Below the pieces are notes generated by a model, which was given only the letters and a program-made list of their open reading frames with translations, made no database searches and had not been told where the DNA came from. Both the position numbers and the translations under genes were made by a program. Source: Trypanosoma brucei (taxonomy: Eukaryota). Taken from it: a stretch of 64,000 nt of DNA. The DNA is taken from NCBI GenBank assembly GCA_000002445.1, contig CP000070.1, forward strand, positions 1,824,001 through 1,888,000, written 5' to 3'. Positions 30,201 to 40,608 of the stretch are shown here, one piece after another; positions within the stretch are counted from its first letter, which is position 1; the number at the start of each line of letters is the position of its first letter.

Positions 30201-32510
30201 CTTCCGAGTCTGATCTTCTCTCTCTTGCTGACCTCTTCCTTTTATTTTGTTTTTGTTTTTTTTTTAATGTTCCTCCTTTTCCCCTCCGTTCTCCTTTTAT
30301 TTATTTATTTTGCTACTGCTTTTGTTGTTGGCTCTTCCCTACTCGAGGGATGTGCAGTTCCCTACTCGTTATTTTTCCGCTTGAAGCGTGTTTAATTGCT
30401 CTATGCGTGCGGAAGTTAATTTTTAAATAAAGTAAAAAAGCAGTTTCTATTGGAATGGGCACTTGAACCAAAAACATCGTGTGGAATATATTAATATTCA
30501 AATACAAAAGAGAAAAAAAAGAAAAAAGAATAGAGATAAGGAGAGAAGCGAAAGAAAAATATGTAATAACTGAAACAAATATACACGGAGAAAGACAAAT
30601 AGAAAAAGCAAAAAAGGTGAAGGAGTGATTTTAGGGTGAAGATGACGGGAGTGAAACGATATAATCCCTCTTTTTGTTTTTCTTTTACTTTTTCTTTTAA
30701 AGAAAAAAAACCTTCGATTAGATGATGGAAAAAAATTAGGAGGAAGCGGGGCGTCATGTCTAAAATAGAGAGGATGAGAAAAACCGAGTAGAAACAAAAC
30801 CACGCGGTCACTCATGTTCACACAAACACAAACACACACACACACACGTAATCACCCGTCCATATTAATAAATTTATATATATTTATATTTACCCCTCTA
30901 GTGCCTATTGTACCAAAGAAGCGGAGGAAGTGAGAACTTTTTTTTAACAAAAAGAAAAATATGGAGAAAAAAAAAAAGAAACAAGGTGTGGGTAAACTTT
31001 TTCTTTAAAAAAAGAAAAGAAAAGAAAAGCAAACAAATGAGACGGAATTGTGTCTAAACACACAAATACATGAACTAGGAAAAGAGGGAGAAAAGGAAGG
31101 AAAAAAAAAAGAAAACAAATGCGTTACACAGTGCCGGGGCAATAAAGGGTTTAAAGAGGAGAGCAAAAAAAGAAAAAAGAAAAAAATTGATATCAAGAAA
31201 GGAAAAGGGAAAGTGTGAAACCCAAAAGCAGGAACTTAAACGCGAACAAAGGAAGGGAAAGAGGAGAAGGAGAAGGAGAAAAGTGGGGGGGAGAAAAATA
31301 TGGGAAAGGGGGCGAAATAATTGACACGAAAAAAAACAAAAATTGTACTGATTTATTTTTATATTCAGCAGAAATAAAACACGCACATTGGGAAAGAAAA
31401 ATACATTCATTTCAATGCATGCGTGTCCTGAATCCCGTCGATAGGCGAATGTACGGGAATAATTAAGAAAAATAGAAAAAAAATACAGCAGTGGGTGTTG
31501 CACAGCAGCGTTGTTCCAAACAGTCGGTTGGTTGAAAAGCCGTAAACAAACACGCATGCGCGTAAGAGAATCCCAAAATAGATATAAGTGAAGACAGACA
31601 TATGTTTACGCATATATACATATTTACATATTTATAAACAAACGCATGCGTTCGAGCGGCCTTTCATTGATGGAACCCTGCCTTGCTTGAAATCTGCACC
31701 GGGTTTGGTCATATTTTTCTTTTCCTTATTCTCCATTTATTTGCATGTTTACTTTCCCTCCTCCCTTTACTTCCGTTTGTTATTAATGTTAGTCTCTTTT
31801 CCCTCGTCGCCGTTCACTGAAGGAATGATCGCTCGTTTTTTTTTTCTCTCTTTTTTTTCTCTCTCTATTCCAAGCTTTCGCACATTCAATACCGCTCGTT
31901 TTTAAGGCGGTTTCATGCAGTTTGAAGTAAAACCTCGCACGGTGGGACAGGAAGCGGGAAAAAAGGAATAGCATAAACCTTCCATGCACGTGCACACGCA
32001 TATATACACACAGAGAGAGAGAGAGAAAGAGAAAGAAACTGCGTGAAAGAAAAACAAGAAGTGTGGAAAAAAAAAACGAGCGATTAAAATATGAAATAAT
32101 GCACAAAACAACGAATAGAGCCAAAAAGAAAAAAATCAAAAGGAGGTAAAACGAAAAAATGATGGCATGACGGTCCAAAAAGTTCACCCGGGGGCTCACA
32201 CCTACTTCGCCCTCACGCACGCGCACATGCCACTAGCAGCATCATCATAACCAAATCCATAATAATTAAAAATACAGTGACATCCCGGAACACTTCACTT
32301 CTATTCGATTGTACCTTCTACCGAATCCGGTTGTTTGGATCCCTTGTTGTTTTTTTTGTGCACAATTTTCTCCTTTTGCGTTTGATACCCTCCCCTTCCT
32401 CCTTTTTCTTTTCGCACAGCACCACTTACCTTCCCAAAAAAAAAAAATGGTTTAGTTATTCTCATCCTCCCGTGTCCCATTGTTATCTTACGCAATGAAT
32501 GTTCACACAC

Positions 32511-33680
32511 TTAGCGACTAATGTGAACCACATGGTTCCGCGGGTCGACAGCGTTGATTCCACGGCGCCCACAATTCGCTACCGCACCTAATGCTGAAAA
32601 TGATGCCTGCGTTGGGGTTAAAACACCACTCCTATTGTGTGTGGATTGAGTGCCACATGTCGCTCGCGAGCCCTTACGCCGGCGGCGCCGTCCCTTCAAC
32701 AAAAGAGATGTATCTCCACATGGCATTATTTTGAGCCTCCTGAAGCGCCAAATGCGGCTGCTATTCAAACCACGCATTGCCTGCCCGCTCAACTCTTCAG
32801 CCCCTGCCGCAGCCTTTAAACCCTCACCAGAACTACGAGGGGTGTTAGCCGCGGAAGAGAGGGGTGACAATGTAACGAGCGATAAATCCCCCGGGCGCAG
32901 TGTAGACTTTTTCCGGATATGACCACTGGAACCATAAGCAGAGATCAAACTAGTGAAAGACACGTAGCCGGTGCTGGTGCTCGATACACTTACGGAGACG
33001 GTATCACCCTCAAGTACATGGACGAGGCAGCGACTCGGTTGCTTCTTCCGTACAGGCAGCCTTAACCGCTCCAATGGCACAGTGGAAGAGCCGTTACGCT
33101 CACCGCAGTTCGATGTAGCAGGAGTATCCTCTGTCAGGGCAGGGGTTTCAGCGTTCGTGGACATTCCCCCCTCAGCTTCACAATCACCGGCATCCACATC
33201 CTTTTCCTTGTCCCTGGGCCCCAACGCCACCGCAGTTCCGTTGATCTTCGGCTCCTTCGAACGCACCTCTGTGTCATGTCCCCCCTTTCTATCGACAATC
33301 TCAGGCCCATTTACTCGTTCCGGAACTTCCCGCCCCCCGCCACCGGGCGCAACCCCCGACGGCACCGTCGTCACCAGTTCCGTCGGGACCTCCGAGTCCC
33401 GGTTAAAATGAACGGGAGCTTCAGGTGGTGAAACGGCATTTGCTTCTTTCGCCTCCTCTTCGCGGTGCGGCCCCGGATTGCTATTTGCACTGTCAGCGGC
33501 GATTGGCTGCTGCACACAGGGCGGTTCGAGCCCAACGGGGGAAGATTCCTCATGTTCTTGTTCTTTATCTCGTTCAACTAAAAGTTTATTAGGGCCACAG
33601 TCCTGTACATCAACCGACTGCGGATGGGATTGGTGCTGGGGTTGTGCCGATGCCCGAACTCGCGAATCGCCACACCCCAT
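32511..33680 (-). CDS. Hypothetical protein (389 aa) whose N-terminus is MGCGDS, a predicted N-myristoylation (Gly2) plus palmitoylation (Cys3) motif. The remainder is acidic and Ser-rich
   Basis: ATG verified (plus 33678-33680 'cat'). The track would have extended to any upstream in-frame GTG/TTG/ATG, so this ATG is the first possible start. MGCGDSR fits the M-G-x-x-x-S/T myristoylation consensus with an adjacent Cys. This arrangement is known for dually acylated trypanosome flagellar and membrane proteins. Confidence 0.6.
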   Translation of the reverse strand: MGCGDSRVRASAQPQHQSHPQSVDVQDCGPNKLLVERDKEQEHEESSPVGLEPPCVQQPIAADSANSNPGPHREEEAKEANAVSPPEAPVHFNRDSEVPTELVTTVPSGVAPGGGGREVPERVNGPEIVDRKGGHDTEVRSKEPKINGTAVALGPRDKEKDVDAGDCEAEGGMSTNAETPALTEDTPATSNCGERNGSSTVPLERLRLPVRKKQPSRCLVHVLEGDTVSVSVSSTSTGYVSFTSLISAYGSSGHIRKKSTLRPGDLSLVTLSPLSSAANTPRSSGEGLKAAAGAEELSGQAMRGLNSSRIWRFRRLKIMPCGDTSLLLKGRRRRRKGSRATCGTQSTHNRSGVLTPTQASFSALGAVANCGRRGINAVDPRNHVVHISR

Positions 33681-34451
33681 TGCTCCTCACTATTGTCTTC
33701 TTTTTTACTTATCTCCCACTTTCAAGTACTAAGCTAACACCCTTTTACAGCGGTTTTGCCTGTATAAATATATGTATATATATTGCCTTACTTGTTTCGG
33801 CGTTAACAGCTGTTGTGAAATGACACCGCTATCCAATAACGCCGTCAATGGAAGCAAGATTCCGGAGTGGATGGCAGGCTTCGACCGTCCAAGGCAACGG
33901 TTTATCCTATGTGTGTATGCCCCTGCACGTCCTTTCCGAGGTATTTATATTTCTTTTATTTATAGATGTTACGAGATTGAATATATAAACCTCACTTCTT
34001 GCGGAGGCCGCGAATACTAAAGTCGGGGATGTTGCCAGTGCAATCCCACGGACTTTAAAATATGAAAATAGAGCGGTAATAGGGGCACCAAAGGAAACAA
34101 AAAGGAGGGAGTAATGAATTATACATAACAGAGAAGCAGCAGAACACGGGGAAAGAAATACTGCAGTATTGGGAGGCAAGTACCACAAACCTTCACTTCA
34201 ACGGCGATGAACAGTCGCTGCAAAAATACACAAAAAGGCGGAAAGAATGTATTTTCCCCAGCCCCCAACTACCCAACCGTACTGCCTCACTGGTCACCAA
34301 ACACCCCACCGGTGGGAGGGACGTATTTTATTTCTATCATATTATCTATGGGTGCATAAGAAAGCAACTCGCACGTGCCATTCCATATAAGCACATGGAC
34401 ATACTCAAAAGCGCAATAAATGTGTACGTAATGCAAAGCCACACTGATGTT

Positions 34452-36674
34452 CTATGGTGCGTACGTGCTCCGCTGTATGGTGCGCGCCAACGTACCCGCA
34501 AGTGCCGCCGACTGCTTTAGCAACGAAACGGCGTCGGGACGCACATCCTCGCACGCGGCCGCGCAGCTGCCCTCGTCTGATTCCTCTCCCTGTGGTGCAG
34601 CGCTGCCCTGAGGTTGGTTGTGCTCCACGCTCCACCCTGTTGCGTCCTTAACCGCGGCAGCGAGCCGAATCTTTGTTGCCTTGCAACGCCGCCGTAACTT
34701 CTCCACATCTCGCTCAAGGCGAAGAACATCTGCGTCACGTTCTCGTTGGAGCTTGGCGAGGGATGCAAGATGTACCTGTTGCTTCTCCTCGTAGTGCTTT
34801 CGTTGTTCCTTCAGTTCTTGTTCCGCCCCCTCCGCACGCAGGCGGACGCTCTCCAGCTCCTCTTCCAATTTGGCGCCAAGGGACAACTTTTGCAATGCAT
34901 CGTTAAGTCGACCAGCCACAAGACCCAGTTCTGCCTCCGTTTCCCGTACGCGCATTTCGAGGGTCATGCACGAGCCACGTAACGACTCCAATTCCCCAGC
35001 CTGTTTCACCTTCTCCTCCACGCACCTTCGTCCAGCAGAGCGCTCAATTAGCAGTTCGCGTTCAAGCCGCTGACACTCCGACGCATGTTGAGCCACCGTC
35101 TCTGCCAGCGCTGCGTCACTCTCGCACTTCGCTCGCACCGCTTCTGCTGCCCGCTGCTCCGCTGCTGCCACGTCGGATACGAGCTGGGCTCTCTGGGCCT
35201 CAGTTTGCTTCTGAAGTGTCTCAAGAGTCCGCTGCAGGGTCTCACGTCCGTGAGCGTTGTCGTCAAGAGCCCTCTGTAGTTGCATCTGAGCCTGAGACAA
35301 CTCCGCTGCATGGTTTAACTTCAGCAGTGCAACACAATCCTGGGATTCCTTACGCTCCGCTGCCACTGCTGCAGCCGTGGTGGCAGCGGCCGCCTGCAAC
35401 TTTCGCTGTGTTTCATCTAATTCGTCACGGCAGTCGCGCAGCTGGGCATCTGTAGCTTCCAGCCTACCGGCAGTATCTTCAGCGAGGGAACGCCAGTGAT
35501 TCAACTGCAGCCTGAGTCGATCGGCCTCCGCAGACAACATCAAGGAGTGCTGCGCCTCCCGCGCGGCAGAGAGATCCCAGAGTGTCTGCGCAAAGTTTAG
35601 ACGGGCCTCCAACTCTGTGTATGCCATCGTGGTACGGTTCAACTCCTCCATTAAGCGGAGCTGCTCACGCAGGCATAGCTGGGAGCTGCACGCGGTCGAC
35701 TGCTCACTCCCCCACTTGCTATGGATGCCAGAGCCCAGGTAATTATTGACGTTGCTGTTGAACCCGTTAGTATTGGAAGTTAGCTCATCGGCCGCTGCAG
35801 ACCCACTACTTGCAATGCCATTTACACTCTCCATGGATTGCGTCTGGCGCCGCTGTGGTTGTTGGGCTCCCTCCTGATGAGGTGCGCCGCGCTCCGCCAT
35901 ATTTTGAGGCAACGAACTCGACGTAAATGACGGCGTTGGAATCGTTGAGCCTGTCATTGGCGTTGTACCAGACGTGAAAGCTCTCAGTTCAGAACTCCCG
36001 CTGCTGGGGACCTGCCCGACAAACTGTTGGTGATGATGGCGACCGTGGATTTGAGACTGCATTTGCTGGTGGGGCGGTCCTCTGCTATTTCCTCTGTGGC
36101 CTGCGACTTGTCGCAACTGCTGGTTATCCAAACTAAGTCTCTGCAGCTGAAGGCGGAGAAGTTCCCTCTCTCCTTCCCACCTCGAGTACTCACGACGAGC
36201 CTTTTCATGCTCACCTTCAGCCCTTACACAGACCTGGTGCAGACGCCGCGTCTCCTCCGCCTCCAGCAAAAGGGCATTACGACTATTTCGCACTTCTTCC
36301 AGCTCACGACGGAGCGCAGCCGTTTCGTTCTTGTGCTTGGTGGCGAGGTCAGTGCATATTGTACGGAGCTGCAGCACTTCTGCAGGAGAGGCCCAGTCCT
36401 TGTAATAATGCGGTTCATGAATTGGCATGCCCTCGTCCACGTACAGCGCTCGCTTCACTCTTTGACAGCGGTTGTTGTCGTCTGTGCTGACAGTGCTAGT
36501 CATGTTGTGTGCAACTGATGGAGCCCGGCTGGTTGATTCCCGCTGTGTCTGCCACCCATAATCAAACGAGGCGCCTGTTCCCGCTGTGGTTCCGGTCGAT
36601 GACGGCGTGTGTGTAAGTTCGGAAGTTGTCACCGATTCGGGGCGGCGGCTGGGCGGCCCGGCCTCAAACTCCAT
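34452..36674 (-). CDS. Coiled-coil hypothetical protein (740 aa from the first ATG)
   Basis: The track ORF starts at TTG (plus 36735-36737 'caa'). The first in-frame ATG is plus 36672-36674 (MEFEAGPPS...). The C-terminal two-thirds is heptad-like and rich in E, R, L, Q and A (LRRELEEVRNSRNALLLEAEETRRLHQ...; LQRLSLDNQQLRQ...). This is typical of a long alpha-helical coiled coil. Confidence 0.7.
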   Translation of the reverse strand: MEFEAGPPSRRPESVTTSELTHTPSSTGTTAGTGASFDYGWQTQRESTSRAPSVAHNMTSTVSTDDNNRCQRVKRALYVDEGMPIHEPHYYKDWASPAEVLQLRTICTDLATKHKNETAALRRELEEVRNSRNALLLEAEETRRLHQVCVRAEGEHEKARREYSRWEGERELLRLQLQRLSLDNQQLRQVAGHRGNSRGPPHQQMQSQIHGRHHHQQFVGQVPSSGSSELRAFTSGTTPMTGSTIPTPSFTSSSLPQNMAERGAPHQEGAQQPQRRQTQSMESVNGIASSGSAAADELTSNTNGFNSNVNNYLGSGIHSKWGSEQSTACSSQLCLREQLRLMEELNRTTMAYTELEARLNFAQTLWDLSAAREAQHSLMLSAEADRLRLQLNHWRSLAEDTAGRLEATDAQLRDCRDELDETQRKLQAAAATTAAAVAAERKESQDCVALLKLNHAAELSQAQMQLQRALDDNAHGRETLQRTLETLQKQTEAQRAQLVSDVAAAEQRAAEAVRAKCESDAALAETVAQHASECQRLERELLIERSAGRRCVEEKVKQAGELESLRGSCMTLEMRVRETEAELGLVAGRLNDALQKLSLGAKLEEELESVRLRAEGAEQELKEQRKHYEEKQQVHLASLAKLQRERDADVLRLERDVEKLRRRCKATKIRLAAAVKDATGWSVEHNQPQGSAAPQGEESDEGSCAAACEDVRPDAVSLLKQSAALAGTLARTIQRSTYAP

Positions 36675-37040
36675 CCGCCTGCGCGTGAAGCTAAACGCAC
36701 TGACTCTCAGAAAGGAGGGGGTGGGAAAATGAGCCAATAATAGTGGAGAAAGTGTGTTATCACAGAAAAATAATCCGTGGCGCTGACGGTGTTCGTATCA
36801 AGGGCGAGGTACAAGAAGAAAAGTAGCCAAATTGAAAAGGCACCCACAGCAAAATGCCGCACACGAAAAATGGGGGGAAAATGTACAAAAGTGAAGGATG
36901 GTGAAGGCTGGAGAAAGCAGTGCCGACAAGACACCGCAAATAGGCATGCGAGTCAAAGAACCGACAACGTCCGAGAGAACGGATTCTGGAGCGCTCTACC
37001 CACGTTCGGTAGCACGGAAAGACCTAGTGCAGCACCACTT

Positions 37041-40022
37041 TCAAAAGTCATTCAAGGATGCGGGAATCTTCACCCCATTCGTGCAGCCCTCCTTGTAAAT
37101 GTACTGCACCGTCAACTTCTTCGCCCGCCCATGTGCCCCTGCATTGCTCAGATCCACGACGTTCTCTCCCTTCGCCTTAGAAAACGCAAGCGGCATCCCC
37201 TTAGGTTTCGCTGCAATAGGGCGCCCAAAAAAATCCTTCAAAACAGTCTGGGCAGGCTTCGATGACGATAAGGCGGCAGAAACTGCAGCTTTGGGCCCCT
37301 CTGCTTGGGGAGAACACCCACACATTTCTGCGGCATCTTCCTCACGCTTAACCGTCACCCCAGTCCTCGTCCCGTGCATTCCATCCGCTGGCTTGGGCAC
37401 GCCGCTGAACTTCTCTTCTTCCTTCTTCACCTTAATCTCTCTCCCATCGATTTCATCGTCCCGCTCACGCTTCCGCGACGGCAGCGTTGAATCCCTTTTC
37501 ACAACGATTTCATCGGTACCTCCAGTGTTATCTTTGCGAGCTCCCCCGTGACTTCTTACTGCGCGCAACGAACTGGTTTGAATAATATGACGATGTATCT
37601 CGCCCACCAACAGCTGCTTCACCTCCTCCTTCATATGGAGGACCATAACTGAAGACGACGAGGTGTCCCTCACTGCCGGCCGCTGCCCTGGCATCCGCTC
37701 CTGCTGTGCTTCACTCAGCGAGGCGCAGCAGATGCGATGAATTGGGGGATCCAACTCCCAATGCTCCTCCTCTTCAGCGACATGATCCGGTTCGTCACTC
37801 CCCCTCCTGTGGTTACCAGGTCGCCCTCTTGTGGTTCGTACATATGTGAACCCATATAACGCGTGGCGCGCCACGGCAGCTCGTAGAAGCTGCTGATCTT
37901 TTGGAGTTAGGCCTACACCTGAAGCGACAGTGTGGGACGGAATATGGAGCGAAACATCACACAAGCACCGTAGCAATGACGGTACAACCTCCGTGATAGC
38001 TGTGGTAGAGTACAGGTGTGACGCCACCTCTAAAGAACGACAGTTGTCTCTGACCATACGAGTAATATGAAAAGATTCATCACGACGGCGAGCTGCCGTC
38101 GCGGCCGCGCGAGGAAAGCCGCTTGCGGTAATGGAAGAACCGCGTCCCATGGCGCTGCAGCAACTAAAGCACGACGTGGCAGTTGCGGACTTCCCGTACT
38201 GTTCGGCGAACGGCAGCAAGGGGGTGTGACGATATCCCGTGGTTGTGAGGCAATCCTGAAACGAGAAGGCATCCGACACAGCACACGTGTTCTGAAAGGA
38301 ATAGTCCGTGTACGAACGCCGCAAGTAAAACTCATGAAGACCATCAAGAAGCCCGTTTGTATCATCACACCACTGAAGCACACGTGAAACATATGTGTAG
38401 CCGGGGTCGACCCTAAAACCCGTGGCCACGTACCCCTCCTCCGCCACATCCATGTCAACCTGCAGTTGTTGGGTCTGCTGATAGCTGCTCAGTGGTAAGG
38501 GATTTGCACACCCAGCCATAACAACAGCGTCGTAGTTCATAGCGAATTCCTTGCGTAGGAGTTGCACGTATTTGCTGCGGTCCTGACGCTCAAGTACAAC
38601 CCGCCACATGTCCCACAGATTTAACTTCATGTCTTTTCCCTGCATCTCCCGCAGTAAGTCCTGTTGCCGCTTATGCTGTTGCTGCGGAGTTTCCCCTGTA
38701 TCTGACACAACACACCGATAGGCGAACTGCAATGTGTTCAGGCAACAACGTACGTCCCCATTACTTGCACGAACCAATTCTGCTAGGACCGCATCAGCCA
38801 CTTTAATGTTCTCATGCTCCGCAATTTCACCCAGTCGCTGCAACAGCCGTTGGGGACGGATGGGAGGAACATGAAATACTAAGCGACATTGCTGACGTAG
38901 CAGTCGCAATGATGGGACGTAGTAATCGTTACATAGGCACAGGACGGGACAATGAATATCCTGCTTCAAAAGAAATGAGGCGAAGTTGGCTGCAATGCCA
39001 TCCATCTCGTCGATAATCAAACACTTCGGCAGCATTAACATATCCACAAGTGAGGTGGCAGATCCCCCGTTTCCCCCGTTGCTAGTGGGAACAGCTGGAC
39101 GTTGTACACGGCGTCTTGAACGCCCCGGTGATACAGCAAGTTGAATGGCACTCTCAATGCCGGACGCTGTGCGATCGACACTCGCGTTGATTTCTATTGG
39201 CTCATACCCACAATGCAAAGCGAGCACATGCGCCAGCGTCGTCTTGCCGACGCCCGGTGGGCCAACAAGAACCGCTATGCGGTCATCGGGCCGTGTTGAG
39301 GGGGAAGAAGACAGACCATCCGCACCTGGCGAAGCTCCGTTCCGAAACGTGTACTCGTCCCAACTTTTCATCCACTGCAAAAGCTTCAAATTAGTGGTGT
39401 CGTCACTGAGAAGGTCGCGGAACCGCTTGGGGGTATACTTAATGACCCACAGCGAGTCCTCTTCACTCAACGGTCCTCTGCGCTGCTCACCTTCCTGTTG
39501 TCGTGGTTGGACCGCACCGCAATCTTTGACAGCGGCGGCCTCCACATCCTCATTGAATATTTGCCGATGCAAGGTAGCAACATTCACAAAGCCAAGCCCA
39601 CTACCGGCAACACGTTTTTGCAACCCCAGCGCGTTAGCCCGCATTCCCTCTGCCTCGATGGCCTCTTCCTCTTGCTCTCGCCGCCGCTGTTCCTTGCTAG
39701 CTTCATCATCGGGGTTGGAAAATCCTGAAATTTCCTGCAACCCCGACGCAGTGAGCCAGCGCAACTCACCATTGTCACCACGCATCATAAAGTTCACACG
39801 CGTGCACGAAGGAAGAAGACAGACACCTTTGGACATCAGAATAGCAGACTCAGGTTTTGGCGGGTCAGGAAGCTCTGGCGCCGCATCGTGGGCATACGGA
39901 ACGCCATGAAGTAGACTCTCGTCTATGCTCTCAAATTCATCCTCTATGTCGTAATCGTTGTTGTGACTATTTGTGTCCCTTTTAGGGACATCGTTATGTT
40001 CCGCGCAATCTATGTCCATCAT
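37041..40022 (-). CDS. AAA+ ATPase, clamp-loader large-subunit-like (RFC1/Ctf18 family)
   Basis: ATG verified (plus 40020-40022). Walker A is VLVGPPGVGKTTLAHVLALHCGYEPIEINASVDR and Walker B is CLIIDEMDGI. The RFC-box-like sensor motif CPVLCLCNDYY matches the IICICND motif of RFC1/Ctf18. The architecture resembles the large subunits of RFC-like complexes. Confidence 0.7.
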   Translation of the reverse strand: MMDIDCAEHNDVPKRDTNSHNNDYDIEDEFESIDESLLHGVPYAHDAAPELPDPPKPESAILMSKGVCLLPSCTRVNFMMRGDNGELRWLTASGLQEISGFSNPDDEASKEQRRREQEEEAIEAEGMRANALGLQKRVAGSGLGFVNVATLHRQIFNEDVEAAAVKDCGAVQPRQQEGEQRRGPLSEEDSLWVIKYTPKRFRDLLSDDTTNLKLLQWMKSWDEYTFRNGASPGADGLSSSPSTRPDDRIAVLVGPPGVGKTTLAHVLALHCGYEPIEINASVDRTASGIESAIQLAVSPGRSRRRVQRPAVPTSNGGNGGSATSLVDMLMLPKCLIIDEMDGIAANFASFLLKQDIHCPVLCLCNDYYVPSLRLLRQQCRLVFHVPPIRPQRLLQRLGEIAEHENIKVADAVLAELVRASNGDVRCCLNTLQFAYRCVVSDTGETPQQQHKRQQDLLREMQGKDMKLNLWDMWRVVLERQDRSKYVQLLRKEFAMNYDAVVMAGCANPLPLSSYQQTQQLQVDMDVAEEGYVATGFRVDPGYTYVSRVLQWCDDTNGLLDGLHEFYLRRSYTDYSFQNTCAVSDAFSFQDCLTTTGYRHTPLLPFAEQYGKSATATSCFSCCSAMGRGSSITASGFPRAAATAARRRDESFHITRMVRDNCRSLEVASHLYSTTAITEVVPSLLRCLCDVSLHIPSHTVASGVGLTPKDQQLLRAAVARHALYGFTYVRTTRGRPGNHRRGSDEPDHVAEEEEHWELDPPIHRICCASLSEAQQERMPGQRPAVRDTSSSSVMVLHMKEEVKQLLVGEIHRHIIQTSSLRAVRSHGGARKDNTGGTDEIVVKRDSTLPSRKRERDDEIDGREIKVKKEEEKFSGVPKPADGMHGTRTGVTVKREEDAAEMCGCSPQAEGPKAAVSAALSSSKPAQTVLKDFFGRPIAAKPKGMPLAFSKAKGENVVDLSNAGAHGRAKKLTVQYIYKEGCTNGVKIPASLNDF

Positions 40023-40608
40023 GGGAGGGCCAACCTTCCCTCCTCACGACCAAGTATACCTAGATTTCTATGTGAAATACTGAGGCTATGCTGACGTCTT
40101 CCTCAGTCTCAAGGCTTCTTTTCTTAGCCGTTTTTGCTTTGGGAGTGGGAGTGGAAGTGGGGAAAATGATGACAATAAACGAGGCACCAATCTAATGACC
40201 CACTAGCACAAGTATCGCAACCCCCTCCCCCAAGTAAGGGTTAGCGACTCAGCTGCAAGGAACCTCTTTGAAAGGAAGGACGAACCAAACGATGGAAACT
40301 TCCAGAACGCAAAAATTACAGGGATGCAAGTTTTTAAGCCAGTAATGTAATATTGCTTCACGGTAACAAAATCAAGGCTAGCAGTGAAAGAGGGAAAAGC
40401 GGCAGCAACAAGCTGCATTGGCCAGAGTTGCAACAGCACAGGGCAACAAAATAGTCTTTTGCACAGACCTCATCTGGTCAACTTTATCGTTGAGCCGTTA
40501 CGCAAGCGTATGCGCGCGAATTTCATTGTGTGCTCCTTTTGTCCTCCCTTGTTGACTACTTCCACTCCAAAACAGCGTGATGACCGACGAGTTTTGCCCC
40601 CACGTTAC

